From Octopus vulgaris (Eukaryota): a stretch of DNA of 64,000 nt. Shown here in pieces: positions 1-14,170 of the stretch; within the stretch, counting starts at the first letter, position 1, and each line of letters opens with the position of its first letter. The position numbers were made by a program, and so were the translations under genes. The DNA lies in NCBI GenBank assembly GCA_951406725.2, contig OX597838.1:29140001-29204000 (forward strand), given 5' to 3'. The notes under the pieces were generated by a model. It saw only the letters and a list, made by a program, of their open reading frames with translations. It had not been told where the DNA came from and searched no databases.

Positions 1-344
1 ACATACATATACATACATCCATATACATCCATATACATACATATACATACATCCATGTACATACATATACATACATATACATCCATATACATCCATATAC
101 ATACATATACATACATCCATATACATACATATACATTCATATACATCCATATACATCCATATCCGTTAGTACTTTTAGTCCTTTTTCGCTGTATCGCGTG
201 TTCGCTTGTTTTTTGTAGCTGTTATCTTATAATTGATCTTCAATACAGATAAAGCTATATCTTTTAATTTACTGTTTTTCTTTACACGATATGCGAAGAT
301 ACATTGCGGAACTGTTATTTCAACAAATTATATCTATTTATCCC

Positions 345-768
345 GTCTCCCGCATGTCCGACACCCGCATCCCAAAACAGCTCTTCTACGGTGAACTCGG
401 CCAGGGCAGGCGCAAAGTCGGAGGGCAGAAGAAGCGCTACAAGGATAGTCTCAAGGTCTCTCTCAAAGACTTCTCCATCGGAACAGAGACCTGTGAGACA
501 CTTGCTGCCAACCGCTCATCCTGGCGCAGCGCAATCACCGTGGGAGCAGGGACAGCCGAGGAGGGACGGATTCGGTCAGCGGAGCAGAAACGTCAGATGC
601 GTAAAGCCAGAGCCGCCTGCACCAGTAGCACGGCCCCTACCCACTTCTTCCCCACCTGTGGGAGGGGCTTCCTTGCCCGGATTGGCCTCACCAGCCACCT
701 CCGGTCTCATGGCGTCAGTTCCATCAGATGATGTCAGTTGGTCATCTTCGAACCGAAGGACGAACATT
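345..768 (+). mobile_element. 5'-truncated RTE-clade LINE (C-terminus and 3' UTR) with 18-bp TSD
   Basis: Translates to RMSDTRIPKQLFYGELGQGRRKVGGQKKRYKDSLK...WR...PTCGRGFLARIGLTSHLRSH, a typical RTE C-terminus. Identical ATTATATCTATTTATCCC at 327-344 and 769-786. Confidence 0.92.
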
Positions 769-898
769 ATTATATCTATTTATCCCCCGAAGAGACACGT
801 CTGCACCGCCGGATGCGTCTGAACCAGTTGTTAAATATCCCACCAGTGAGGGATCAATGCTAGATACATACATATCTTTTGCATACACACATATATTT

Positions 899-1543
899 TA
901 TCTTTTACTTGTTTCGAGTCATTTGGTTGTGGCCATGCTGGGGTACCACCTTGAAGAATTTCTGCTTTCCTAAGCCTTTTCTTTATTCTATGGTATTGTC
1001 TTGCTGAACCACTTAGCTACAGGGACGTAAGCACAACAACACAGGTTATCAAGCGGTGGTGGAGGGCAAACACACACAAAGACATACACACACACATATA
1101 TATGAATGTATATATATATATATATATATAATATGAGGGAATATTATTCCAAACTTACAGGGAAAAATTCAATTTAGAAATACTAAATCAAATTTCACAA
1201 AATATGATATATGTTTTATCTTATGTTTAATCTTTCTATAATATGTAATTTTCTAGATGATATAATTTAATTTTTCATTATAGAATTGATAAAAGGTGTT
1301 TTTTTCTAATTTATATAAATATATATATATGCATATATATATATATATATTCATACACACACATACGTAAATGTATATGTATATATATATATGACGAGCT
1401 TCTTTTAGTTTCCTCTACCAAATCCACTCACAAGGCTTTGGTCAGTCTGCGGCTATAAAAGAAGGCACTTGTCCAAGGTGCCATGCAGTGGGACTGAACT
1501 CGGAGCCATGTGGTTGGGAAGTAAGCTTCTTACCAAAGCGCCA
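899..1543 (-). mobile_element. tRNA-derived SINE family B, diverged, interrupted by an AT-rich insert
   Basis: Reverse complement matches the family B copy at 40003-40372 (CCACATGG..GGTTCAGTCCCACTGC; GTGAGTGGATTTGGTAGA; CCAGCATGGCC). Confidence 0.8.
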
Positions 1544-1850
1544 CGGTTACGACGACGAGTGTTAACGTCGTTCTATCAAAAGACTCGTATGGACCCACTG
1601 AATTACAGCATAAACGGCCGAGTATACCGCAGCACGGATATCCATACTGTAGGCTGTTAGTCGAACCACCGATCCACATTGTATTACAATGCTGTTCTTT
1701 GGATTAATCGCAATCCAATTCCTTCCACAGCTCCCGATCGGATGCGAGATCTCCCCGGGTGTCGGTATTGGTTATTGATCATTTTGAAGGGCCTGTCTGG
1801 CATGTACTGGGGAGGTTTTCTATGCTCCATATCACGTGACTCTCGTCCTT
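1544..1850 (-). mobile_element. Degenerate LINE 3' fragment (RTE-like)
   Basis: Minus-strand peptide LASDRELWKEL (DR..W motif). The 3' end CTCGTCGTCGTAACCG is shared with SINE family C. Confidence 0.45.
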
Positions 1851-2011
1851 TAAGTTAACTCGTAAATTGCCGTTCAAATAATACGCACAAACACACATAC
1901 ACACATATAAATATATATACACACTCACGTGTTCAGTTCAGTTTGTATCACCAAACTTTCACACGCACACATACTTCTCTCTCTCTCTATCTATCTATTA
2001 TCTTCCTGTAT

Positions 2012-2056
<45 letters not shown>

Positions 2057-2072
2057 TATATATATATATATG

Positions 2073-2110
<38 letters not shown>

Positions 2111-2879
2111 TGATGCGCACTCTTAACCTTTCTCTCCCCCTCCCGTTCTCAGCCTTCATTCTTTAGGCTTTCCTTTTCTTCTACCTTACTGTCTCTCCCC
2201 CTCTCTCTCTCTCTCTCATTCTTCACTCTTTTTCTCTACAACCATCCCCTTTTTTCTCTCCCTTTCTCTTACTCCTCCTCCTCCTTCCTCCTGTCGTTGG
2301 CCCGCGACGAGAACTCTGCTACTATCTTTCTGTCCTGGCTGCCTTCAAGTAGAGATGGCACTTTCTGTTGCTCCTTCGCCATTCTCAAAAAATAGCGTTC
2401 GTAAAAAAATTTATCTCGTTCGGTTTAACAGCCCTTCTTGTTGGTGTTACTGTTATTCTCCTTGTCCTGTCTTTTACTGTTTATATTTTGTACTGTCGTT
2501 ACTGTCCTGTTTTTGTCACCATTTTTACCCCTCCGCAAAAAATCTCAAATTTTATTAAATTTGATTTTCGCGGGAAGGATTGTTTCATTAAAGTCATGTA
2601 TCGCCTTGACCTTCGAAACGTGGAGTAGATGAAACAAAGGCGACTGAAGGAGGGGAATTTTCCTTGTTTTGTATGTCCTGTACTCTATTTTTTCGTTGTT
2701 TAAGAAAAATGTCCATTTCCTTGGTTTTTGTTTGATTTCGTTTCTCATTGTGTTCGACGTGTTTTTTGGTGTCCTTTACCCATATATGTATGTATATATA
2801 CATGTAGAGGTAGGTAGTACATATATGTATGTATATATGCATGTTTTATTTATTTATTAATTTATTATATATATATATA

Positions 2880-2939
<60 letters not shown>

Positions 2940-3048
2940 TACATATATATATGCACACACATACATACATATATATTCATACATACATACATATATGTAC
3001 ACGCACATACATATATATATATACACCGACACATACACAAATGTATAT

Positions 3049-3087
<39 letters not shown>

Positions 3088-3557
3088 CACATTCATGCGC
3101 ATATACGTGTGTGTACACACAAACACACATGCACACGCATATATATTCTAAAAACATCGCCTGTTTCTCTGAATAATCCTTATGTTTGAGATAAAGTATT
3201 TTAATTTTACTGGCTGAATGAGCTGTCGGGCGAAACATGAATCCCTTTCACAAAACTAATTTTATAACATATTTCTATTTGCCCTGAGTATTAAGTCTTC
3301 CCATTAGTAAATGTTCCGCTTTTATTTAGAAAGACTTGCTTTAGAAGACGCTTACATAAATATTCATTACTGCACACACACATACACACACACACGCGCG
3401 CACACACACACTTTTTCTTCTCATTCCCCTCTCTCTCTCTCTTCCACTGTGTATCTTTCTGTCGGTCTCAATCTTTCTTTTTTCATCTCTCTTTCTCCCT
3501 CTCACATTTCTACGCGAATACATATATATATTTTGAATAAATACTTCCTGTGTGTGA

Positions 3558-3601
<44 letters not shown>

Positions 3602-3893
3602 GTATTTACGTATGTGCACACTCACACACACATATACACACATACACACACACATATATATATATAAATATATATACATGTGTATATATATATATGTATA
3701 TATGTATATACGTATGAATATATATATATATGTGCGTATATGTGCATATATGTGTGTATATCTGTATGCATGTGCGTATATACACGTGCGTATATACACA
3801 AACATATATATGTATATATATATGCATACACACACGCATATATATATATTATAATATAATGTAATATATATGTATATATATATATATGTATTT

Positions 3894-3956
<63 letters not shown>

Positions 3957-4543
3957 CATTTATACATGTACGTATGTATATATGTATGTATGTATATATG
4001 TACATATGTATGGACATATATATTTAAATATTTCCACTAATGGAACGATTGATAACGTCGAAAGGTTTCGAAGTTCGATAAATCATTTTCCACTAAGTAA
4101 TAATTTTACATGCATACACACGCACACACACATACACACACGTACATACATACATACATACATACATTCATACTTACATTTTTAGGCACAGGCATAGAAA
4201 CATGCTGTACATACATACATCCATTTATATATACATCCATACACAGCCAGACATATATAATCAAACATATTTTTATACACACACATTCATATATACATAT
4301 ACAGGCATACAAACATACATACATATATACACACATACAAATGTATATACCAATCTGCATACATTAATATATACAGCATCAGTGTATACGTACATTCGGA
4401 TACCCTTATACGCACATACATACATACATACATACATACATACATACATACATACATACATACATACATACATACATACATACATGTGTGTGTATCGTTG
4501 GCGATTTTCTTCCTCCGTCTTCCCTTCTTTTGGACTTTCCTCT

Positions 4544-4578
4544 ATTTCTGAAGAAGAGCTTTGCTCGAAACGTTAAAT
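4544..4578 (+). ncRNA. Minimal type-I hammerhead ribozyme motif in a PLE-like terminal repeat (approx. 4497-4680)
   Basis: AUUU-CUGAAGA-A-GAGC(uuu)GCUC-GAAAC-GUU/AAAU: intact core, 4-bp stem I, 4-bp stem II, loop-less palindromic stem III (ACGU). Confidence 0.7.
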
Positions 4579-4691
4579 CCTCTTTCCTTCCTTTCCTGAA
4601 CGTCTGATAATACAGCACTTGTACCACGTCCTCGCGTTATTGTTTTTTCTTGTTTGTTCGTTGTTTGGATCCACTGTATACATATACACAT

Positions 4692-4722
<31 letters not shown>

Positions 4723-4724
<2 letters not shown>

Positions 4725-4900
4725 CGGTAATCCCTCGTCTATTGCGGGTGTTCCAAAACCCGCCACAATAGGTAAAAATCAGTGAAGTAGAAACAGTACT
4801 GTATTGTATAGTTTTTAAAATTATTGTTATAATTTGTATGTATGTATTTTATTATAAATGCAAAACAACACCACGGTGGAATCGATGTAAGGTTAGATAA
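4723..4900. mobile_element. pogo/Tigger-like MITE end
   Basis: TA-CGGTAATCCCTCGTCTATTGCGGG resembles Tigger-type TIRs and abuts a (TA)n tract. Partner TIR not clearly seen. Confidence 0.4.
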
Positions 4901-4904
4901 TCTT

Positions 4905-5125
4905 TTCTACTCTAGGCATAAGGCCCGAAAATTTTGGGGAGGGACCAAGTCGATTAGATCGACACCAGTACGCGACTGGTATTTAATTTATCGACCCCGA
5001 AAGGATGGAAGGCAAAGTCGACATCGACAGAATTTGAACTCAGAGCGTAAAGACAGACGAAATACCTATTTCTATTTCTTTATTACCCACAAGGGGATAA
5101 ACATAGATGGGATGAACAAGGACAT
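4905..5125 (-). mobile_element. SINE family A fragments (tandem partial copies)
   Basis: TTTATCGACCCCGAAAGGATG-AAGGCAAAGTCGAC...AATTTGAACTCAG core shared with 8552-8784. Confidence 0.8.
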
Positions 5126-5286
5126 TTCGCTGTTGAAGTTCCAATGAAGGAGCTTTGGACGTAGGTTAGAAATCGCTTCTTTCTCTGTTGTCAAGAAATC
5201 TTGAAATAAAACTGAATAAAGACATACAAGAATATACGATGGGTGCAGCTCAATTTCGCTCAATTTCACCGGTTCATTCCTCTCTT

Positions 5287-6535
5287 GTATGTATGTATGT
5301 ATGTATGTATGTGTGTGTATGTATGTGTGTAAGTATGTATGTATGTATGTATGTATGTATGTATGTATGTATGTATGTATGTATGTATGTATGTATGTAT
5401 GTATGTATGTATGTATGTATGTATGTATGTATGTATGTATGTATGTATGTATGTATGTATGTATGTATGTATGTATGTATGTATGTATGTATGTATGTAT
5501 GTATGTATGTATGTATGTATGTATGTATGTATGTATGTATGTATGTATGTATGTATGTATGTATGTATGTATGTATGTATGTATGTATGTATGTATGTAT
5601 GTATGTATGTATGTATGTATGTATGTATGTATGTATGTATGTATGTATGTATGTATGTATGTATGTCTGTATGTATGTATGTATGTATGTATGTATGTAT
5701 GTATGTATTTATGTATGTATGTATGTATGTATGTATGTATGTATGTATGTATGTATGCATGTATGTAAGTATGTATGTATGTATGTATGTATGTATGTAT
5801 GTATGTATATGTATGTATGTATGTATGCGCGCGTGTGTGTATGTATGTATGCATGTATGTATGTATGTATGTATGCATGTATGTATGTATGTATGTATGT
5901 ATGTATGTATGTATGTATGTATGTATGTATGTATGTATGTGTATGTATGTATGTATGTATGTATGTATGTATGTATGTATGTATGTATGTATGTATGTAT
6001 GTATGTATGTATGTATGTATGTATGTATGTATGTGTGTGTGTATGTATGTGTGTAACTATGCATGCGTGTGTGTATGCCTGCATGCATGTATGTATGTAT
6101 GCATGCTTGTTTATATGTGTGCATGTGTGTATATATGTATGTATGCGTGTATGTATGTATGTATGCATGCATGTATGTATGCGTGTGTATGTATGCATGC
6201 ATGTGTGTATGTATGTATGCATGCATGTGTGTATGTATGTATGCATGTATGCAAGTATGTATGTATGTATTCGTGTGTCTGTATGCATGTGTGTATGTAT
6301 GCATGCGTGCATGTGTGTACGTATGTATGCATGCATGCATGTGTGTATGTATTCATGTGTGTATGCATGTATGTATGCATGTGCGTATGTATGTATGTAT
6401 GTAAGCAAGCGTTCATGCATATATGTAAGCATGCATGCATGCATGTATGCATTCATGCATGTATGCATGTGTATATGTATGTATACATGAATATATGGAT
6501 GAATGTGTGCATGCATGTATGTATACATACATACA

Positions 6536-6569
<34 letters not shown>

Positions 6570-6600
6570 CATACATACATACATACATACATGCATGCTT
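5287..6600. repeat. (ATGT)n microsatellite about 1.3 kb, degenerating into ATGC/GT variants
   Basis: Directly visible tandem 4-mer. Confidence 0.97.
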
Positions 6601-7189
6601 ACGCATATATATATCATCATTAGCATTGTCGCTCTACCGATTACTGGGTATTTGGGTTTGCTGGTGTCATATTTCCGGCATCCTGCATCTGATAAATATT
6701 CCCTTCACAAACAGCCAATTCTTCGCTGAACGAAGCCATGGTTAACTTTCACTGACGGCAGACGACGAACGAAATACTGCGAGTGAGAGGTGGGAGCCAT
6801 TTGAACGAATAACTGCGGTGTGTATTTAAGTGTGTGTTTCCTGTGTTATTTAAAATTACTGATGATTGATCGATTGATTGGCTTTCAACTTTTATTTATT
6901 TATTCATTTATATATTTATTCGTCTATTTTTTGTGTTTATTTTTGTGTTCGTTTATTTTTATTTATTTGCTTTTTTTAAATCTTTTTTCCCCAGATATAA
7001 GACGATATGAGAAAATCTAAAGCAAAAAATCGATGAAGAAAATAAAGAAAATAACAACAAAAACAAGAACAACAAGAAGAAGAGGGCGAAGAAGCGGAGG
7101 GGGCAGAAGAGGAAGATAAAGAACATGGAAATCAAGAGAGCAAGGCTGAAGAGCTGATTTTTGAAGTTGATATCGTCGTATATGTTAGC

Positions 7190-7800
7190 AACATGCGGCC
7201 AATCATGGGGCCAGCATGTGGCTAACACGTGAGCAGCACGTGACCAACATATAGCCAGCATGTAAACCAATATGTGTTGAAGATGTGGCCTTTGTGCGAC
7301 CAGTGTGTGATTAGCATCTGACCATCTCGTGAATATCGTGTAACTACAGTTCGACTGACATATGACAACGACTTGACCAATAGCTGGCCATCACGTGACT
7401 AACTAACATCTGGCGAACGCGTTATTGACAGTTGACCAGTGTGTGACCAGCATCTGCGCAGTATCTGGTCATCACGTGACCAGCACCTGACTAACGCGTT
7501 ATCGACAGCTGACCAGAGATTCGACCAACAACAACTGAGCAGTATCCGATCATCATGTGACCGACACCTGACCAACGCGTAACCGACTACTGACCAGAGA
7601 GTGACCAAGATCTGAGCAGTATCTGATCATCACGTGACCAACACCCGACCAGCACATTATCGACAGCTGACCGACATGCGTGGGCGTGGAGCGTGCGATC
7701 AGCTTGTGGTTAGCATTTGATCGTTGGGTGACTAGCGAGTGACCAACATGTGACCAGCGCGTGACCAACACTGAAAACGGCGAGTCAGCAGCATGTGCCA
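7190..7800. repeat. Degenerate minisatellite of TGACCA-containing subunits, higher-order period about 80 bp
   Basis: GCAGTATC-G-TCATCA-GTGACC recurs near 7458, 7539 and 7616, with many TGACCA subunits. Confidence 0.75.
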
Positions 7801-8551
7801 GTTAGACAGCGATGTGAATACTATTAGCAAAGACAAGAAAATAGACACCTCTCGATTACCTCCGCCCTCAAAATATAACCACCACCACCACCACAACCAC
7901 AACCACCACCACAACCACTACCACCACCACCACCACCCTTCGCTTTTCTAATCCTGAAGAAATGAGGAAAAACAAACAAACAAACAAAGCAAACAGGAAC
8001 ATGAAACAATTTAAGATCGAATTTAAACCAAGCTAAATATAAAAAAAGAAAAAAAGAAAAATAAAGAAACCACAAGCAAGTATATAAACACAACAACAAC
8101 AACAAAATAATAATAATAATAATAATAATATGATGATACTGATGATGATGATGGTGATGGAGTGATGATGTGATTTTTAAAAGAAGTTTTCGATTAGTGA
8201 ATATAATAATTATTAAAGAAACGGTAGTCAACCGTTAAACTGAAACATCCATCTCAAAATACGCCATCGTCACGGTACAGGCTTCACCATCATAGACAGC
8301 GGCGCCACCACCATAATCACTGCCACAGATACTAGCAGCAGCAGTATCACTAAATACCACCGCCACAAAAAATATATATATATATACATATTATCAGCTC
8401 TGATATAACTGCTACGCCACTAAGCCACCACGACCACCACCTCTTAGGACTTCGTCATTATAGACGGCACCACAGCCGTCCACCATTATCACTACCAGCA
8501 TAAACATCGTCGCCATTAATACCATCATCATCAACATCAGTACAAAATACC

Positions 8552-8784
8552 TATTTCTTTATTACCCGCAAGGGGCTAAACACAGAGGGGACAAACAAGG
8601 ACAGACATAGGTATTAAGTCGATTACATCGACCCCAGTGCGTAACTGGTACTTAATTTATCGACCCCGAAAGGATGAAAGGCAAAGTCGACCTCGGCGGA
8701 ATTTGAACTCACAACGTAACAGCAGACGAAATACCGCTAAGCATTTCGCCCGGCGCGCTAACGTTTCTGCCAGCTCGTCGCCTT
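8552..8784 (-). mobile_element. Full-length tRNA-derived SINE family A with 16-bp TSD
   Basis: Minus strand: GGCGACGAGCTGGCAGAAACGTTAG (A-box-like), GAGTTCAAATTCC (B box), tail AATAAAGAAATA. ATCAGTACAAAATACC at 8536-8551 and 8785-8800. Confidence 0.92.
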
Positions 8785-9409
8785 ATCAGTACAAAATACC
8801 ACCAGCTTTCAAACGAAAAAAAAAAAAAGAAACCAAAATACCAGCCGTGGTACCTTACCACATCGCCACAGTCTTATCAGTCCTCATCTCCGCAGACTGC
8901 CCTACCATTCCATCACAGTCGCTTTCACCAAGAACATTGCCATCGTAGATACCATCACCGTCACTGCGAAACACTACTGCCTCAAAAAAAACAAACAAAA
9001 AAACCCAACACAAAACAAGACAAAAAAAAAAGCAGCAACAGAAAACACGGCCCCACTGCTTGTAACCCCTACACTACACCACAGAAGCGCCGCTGTGCTA
9101 CGGGCCACACCAGCGCCACACACACACATATCAATCTGCATCAACGCCACTGCTACAGATATCATATTCATAACAGCCACAGCAAAAATTAAATACATAA
9201 ATAAATAAAATACGTAAATAGTGATAAATAAACAAAATAATAATAATAATAATAATATTTTAAAATGCATTTAAGTTCTACGAACACCAGAGAAAGAAAA
9301 AAATTCGCTTGGGATGAATCTCAGCTTTAAACAGAAAATAATAAAAAAGCTGTCAGCAATAATAACAAAATATAGCAATCATTAACGCCGTAATCACCAC
9401 CACCACCGC

Positions 9410-9441
<32 letters not shown>

Positions 9442-9852
9442 ACATCGCTTCTTGTTCTTTTTCTTTTTCTTCACTATAGATTTAGTTTAGTTGTAAGTTA
9501 TTTCATCATGGCAGCAGCTTGGCAGGCGCCATGATAGAATTTAGGACCCAAAGCGAATGCAACGCAAGACGGGGAAATTTTTTTAAAAAAAGAACTGTTT
9601 TAGTTTGTAAATGTTAGAATAAAGAAGACTCGGGAATACACACAACACACGTACACACACATACACCAATACACATACACACACACGCATATAACACAGA
9701 TACATACACATATTCACACACCCACATACGTACAAAGTACGCCCATATCCATAAAAATCTCACAAACACACACATACGCACGTACAAAATACGCTCATAC
9801 ACATACAACCACACACACACAACACACACACAACACACACACACACAACACA

Positions 9853-9908
<56 letters not shown>

Positions 9909-10055
9909 CATACTCATATATCATAGGGAATATTTTCTGTGTTTAAGAAAAATGACATCGCATGTTTAAATTTCTAGAGATTTAAATCATATTCTTTCAT
10001 AAAATTCCTGATAAACATTATAATAACAGCAGTATTAATTATTGTTGTTGTTGTT

Positions 10056-10108
<53 letters not shown>

Positions 10109-10352
10109 ACTGTTTTGCATACTTTACACATTCATACATATCTTTACTTGGCTAAATACAACAGTTTGCCTTGGCACTTGATAATATTGACTTATACACT
10201 CAGAGAAATTTCATACGTTTCTTAAAGAAACTTCAAAAAATATAAATTAAAATAACAACATACACACACATATATATATAATTGCATGTGCACGCTCATA
10301 CTTCTACCTACGTAGAGGTCTTTTATCTTATGGGCAGTTCATCACAACAGAT

Positions 10353-10988
10353 ATGGCTGCTAGTCATTTAACTCTTGATTCGGAACTACAGAAAGTGAAG
10401 CTGGCCATTCTGGGTGCTCCGGGCGTGGGTAAAACGTCGATAATCCAACAGTTTGTTTGCAGTCATTTCACGGAGGATTACGAACCAACAGAATCCAAGC
10501 AAGTCTACATACCGTCCGTCATTATCAACGATCATTTGTACGAACTGAAAATCATTGATTCTCCTTACATCCCGTACTTCCCAGTAAATTCTCTGTATGA
10601 ATGGACAGACTTTCGCGGCTACGAGTTGCGCAGCGCCACAGCATACGTTTTAGTTTACGACATCACGTCGGAGGAAAGCTTTCAGTACATTAAATCGCTT
10701 CGGGAACAGATAATCGAGAGCAGGGACATGCAGGATGTTCCCATCTTCGTGGTTGGTAACAAGCATGACCAAGCCGAAGAGAGAGGCATGTCGAGGCGGG
10801 AAGTGGCAAATGTCGTTAAAAAGCAGTGGAAGTGCGGCTACGTGGAGTGTTCAGCCAAATACAATTGGCACATTGTACTCTTGTTCAAAGAGTTAATGAA
10901 AACAATTGACTATATAGATTACGGACATAAACCCACGGCGATTCGGGTACAGGACGCATTGCGGCGCAATAGATGTGTCATATTATGA
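10353..10988 (+). CDS. RASL10B: Ras-like protein family member 10 (RASL10B-like small GTPase), single coding exon, 211 aa
   Basis: G1 GAPGVGKT, family-typical IIDSPYIPYFPVNSLYEW in place of DxxG, G4 NKHD, WKCGYVECSAKYNWHI, C-terminal ALRRNRCVIL (CAAX). Matches vertebrate RASL10B as recalled; A/B paralogy may not apply in an invertebrate. Confidence 0.95.
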   Translation: MAASHLTLDSELQKVKLAILGAPGVGKTSIIQQFVCSHFTEDYEPTESKQVYIPSVIINDHLYELKIIDSPYIPYFPVNSLYEWTDFRGYELRSATAYVLVYDITSEESFQYIKSLREQIIESRDMQDVPIFVVGNKHDQAEERGMSRREVANVVKKQWKCGYVECSAKYNWHIVLLFKELMKTIDYIDYGHKPTAIRVQDALRRNRCVIL

Positions 10989-11248
10989 CACACTTTTTTT
11001 ATATTGGTTAAATTATTTAATAATGTTTGATTAAAAAGTAAAAAAAGAAAATAACAAAAAAAAAACAAAACAAACGAAATGTTGTTACATATGTTTATAT
11101 AAAGACACAATATTTAAAATGTATGTACATATATATATATATATATACATGCATAAGTATGAAAAAAGATATACAATAACAAATATATATATATATACAT
11201 GTATATGTGTGCATATATATCTACACACACATAAAGCTATGGTTATAT

Positions 11249-11286
<38 letters not shown>

Positions 11287-11419
11287 GTGTGTGTGTGTAT
11301 TCATACATACATACATATATATATATATACATATATCTATATACACACATGTATATATAACTATAAGTAAATAAACAACATATATATATGTGTGTATACG
11401 TATTTCCGTATACTTGTTA

Positions 11420-11491
<72 letters not shown>

Positions 11492-11952
11492 GTGTATGTA
11501 TGTATATATATATATGTAAGCATAATATGTATGTATATATATATAAAATATATAAATGTATGTTTATATGTATATGTATGTATATATATATGCATATATA
11601 TATATGTATATATGCATATGTATGTATATATGTCTATATATATATATATAGACACACACATACATATATATGTGTGAGTGCATATACATATACATTCATC
11701 CCATTCCATCTCCCTTCCACCATCATACATGACATCCTTGTCCATTTTCATTTATTTATTTCTATACTTTCACACACATCTACATTTACATGTATGCCTA
11801 CACATGCAAACGTCTCTTAATGTATGTATGCATGTATGTATGTATTTATGTATGTATGTATGTATGTAGTATGTATGAATGATTCATCTATCTATCTCTC
11901 TATCTATCTCTCTATCTATCTATCTATCTATCTCTCTCTTTCTCTGTATCTC

Positions 11953-12020
<68 letters not shown>

Positions 12021-13593
12021 GTATAAATATATATAATTTTATGTGTGTGTGTATACATATATATGTATATATATATATATATACGTGCATGTGTATAGAT
12101 GTACGTATGTATGCCTTTATGTGTATGTGTATGTTTGTGTGTGTGTTTTCTTTCCAAGCTGTACATCATATTTATTTGCAGGACCATTTCAAAAGAAAGC
12201 AAACACGAAAACGAACAAACTGTATAAAAACAATCAATAAATAAATTAAAGAAACCAATAAAATCTTTGTTAAACAAATATATTTCTTGGCTTCCGCCTG
12301 AAGAAAATGAAAGAAGAATTCAAAATTTAAAGATAATCATGATGGCTGCCAACCCAGCATCGATAACATCGTTTTCAAAAAGCCAGCAGTCGTCCCAGAA
12401 TGGCCAGTATTTCTCTCTGTGGTGGCCAGCACACAATCAGGAACGCCATCATCGCCCCGCTCCGCCACAGAGGTTCTCATGGCTGGCTAGCATTGCTAAA
12501 TTCACGGTAAGCATTTTCATTATCCATGTTCCGCCACAGTCACGTCCCGTTCTAGCAACGAGAAGGTTGTCTCAAATGGCAGACGATCGACAATCTAGCT
12601 ATGGCAAGTATCTTTAACGGTTTAAATGCTTCTAAAATTTTGGAAGAAAAGGTGAAAAAGAGACGCTAAAAAGTGACTGAAGAGTCGAGATGATTTCATT
12701 TGCTATTCTATCTCATTAAAGACATTCACCCAACTTTGTTAAATTCTCGACCAATAAATTATAAATTCCTATTTGTGTCTCCTATTTTTTTGTTCTTAAT
12801 TCAATAACTGTTATTGGTGTCTTTATTTCTCTCTCCTCACACTTTCTCTCCCATTTTCTCTCTCTCATTCTTATTATTTCTCACATAAATATGTATAAAG
12901 GTGTGTATGTATGTATGTATAACGCATTGTCTGGCTTTCAAATTAGTTCGTACAGTCACACACACATGTATATAAACATATGTGTATGTGTGTGTACATA
13001 TGTATGAATTCACGTACATAGTAATACATATATATGTGTGTGTGTGTGTATCTAGAAATCTATCTACACATACACACACAGACACATACATAAACATACG
13101 AAATATATTAGGCGTATCGATAATAACTGGAATGTTTCCGCTGATGATATTATATTTTTGAATTTAGAAACCGTGAGGGATTATTATTTTATTAATTTTT
13201 ATCTGTTTTATTTAATTTTAAGTTTATTTAATTATTTACTCGTTTATTTTTTTTTTTCAATTTTACACGAAAACAAAAAGAAATATATCTGAACAAATTG
13301 CGTAAAGCGAAGGATAGAAATGAGGAAGTATTGAAGAGTGGAAAGAAAGAAGAGATGGATGCTTAGGGGGTGGAGACAGAGAAAGGGGATGAGAAGCTGG
13401 ATAAGGAGGCGGAAAGGGGAGGATAAGAGGAGAAGGAGGAGGAGAAAAACAGGTAAAAATCCGATGAAAGGTTAAAGGAAGGCGGAAAAGCAATTTTTAT
13501 AATGGCCTCAGTTGGCGAAAGAATTTGTCCTACAAGTTCTCACTAACAGGGGCACGCTAGGTCAGAAATGTAAGGGACAGAAAGGGAACACAC

Positions 13594-13751
13594 GCAGGTG
13601 TGACAGTGGTAAGACGTTTGTTTCCCAATCACATGATCCCCGGTTCAGTCCAAATGCTTAGCATGGCAACTTGGGCAAGTGTCTTCTACTACGGACGAAA
13701 TGCCGCTAAGCATTTTATCTGGGGTGCTAACAGCTCTGTCAGCTTGTCGCC

Positions 13752-13850
<99 letters not shown>

Positions 13851-13902
13851 CTGGTACGCATTTCGCCTGGCGTGCTAACGATTCTGCCAACTCGCCGCCT
13901 GG

Positions 13903-13991
<89 letters not shown>

Positions 13992-14170
13992 AATGATAGA
14001 TAATAGCTTCAAATTTTGGCTGGGGGCCAGCTATTTCGGGGAAAAGGTTAAGTCGATTACATCTGGTACTTATTTTTTCGACCCCGAGAGGATGAAAGGA
14101 AAAATGCATCTCGGCGGAATTTGAACTCAGAACGTAAAAACGGACGAAACACCGCTAAGCATTTTGTCAG
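13594..14170. mobile_element. Cluster of SINE B head and SINE A fragments interleaved with (TAA)n/(TAG)n/(TGA)n
   Basis: Partial matches to both families at about 13594-13690, 13695-13752, 13853-13900 and 14005-14170. Confidence 0.7.

Noticed and set aside
785-836. CCGAAGA followed by a strong hairpin and GAACC
   Set aside because: Probably a decayed HHR beside the RTE insertion, but the core has several changes and there is no stem I, so it was not counted.
7190-7800. CRISPR-like repeat array
   Set aside because: Eukaryotic context, degenerate repeats, no unique spacers and no cas genes.
12267-12617. 116-aa non-repetitive ORF downstream of RASL10
   Set aside because: No recognisable motif and conflicting splice signals on both strands; could be UTR or regulatory DNA.
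13136-13182. CTGATGA...GAAACCGTG hammerhead-like string
   Set aside because: The cleavage position would be G and stems I and II are unconvincing.
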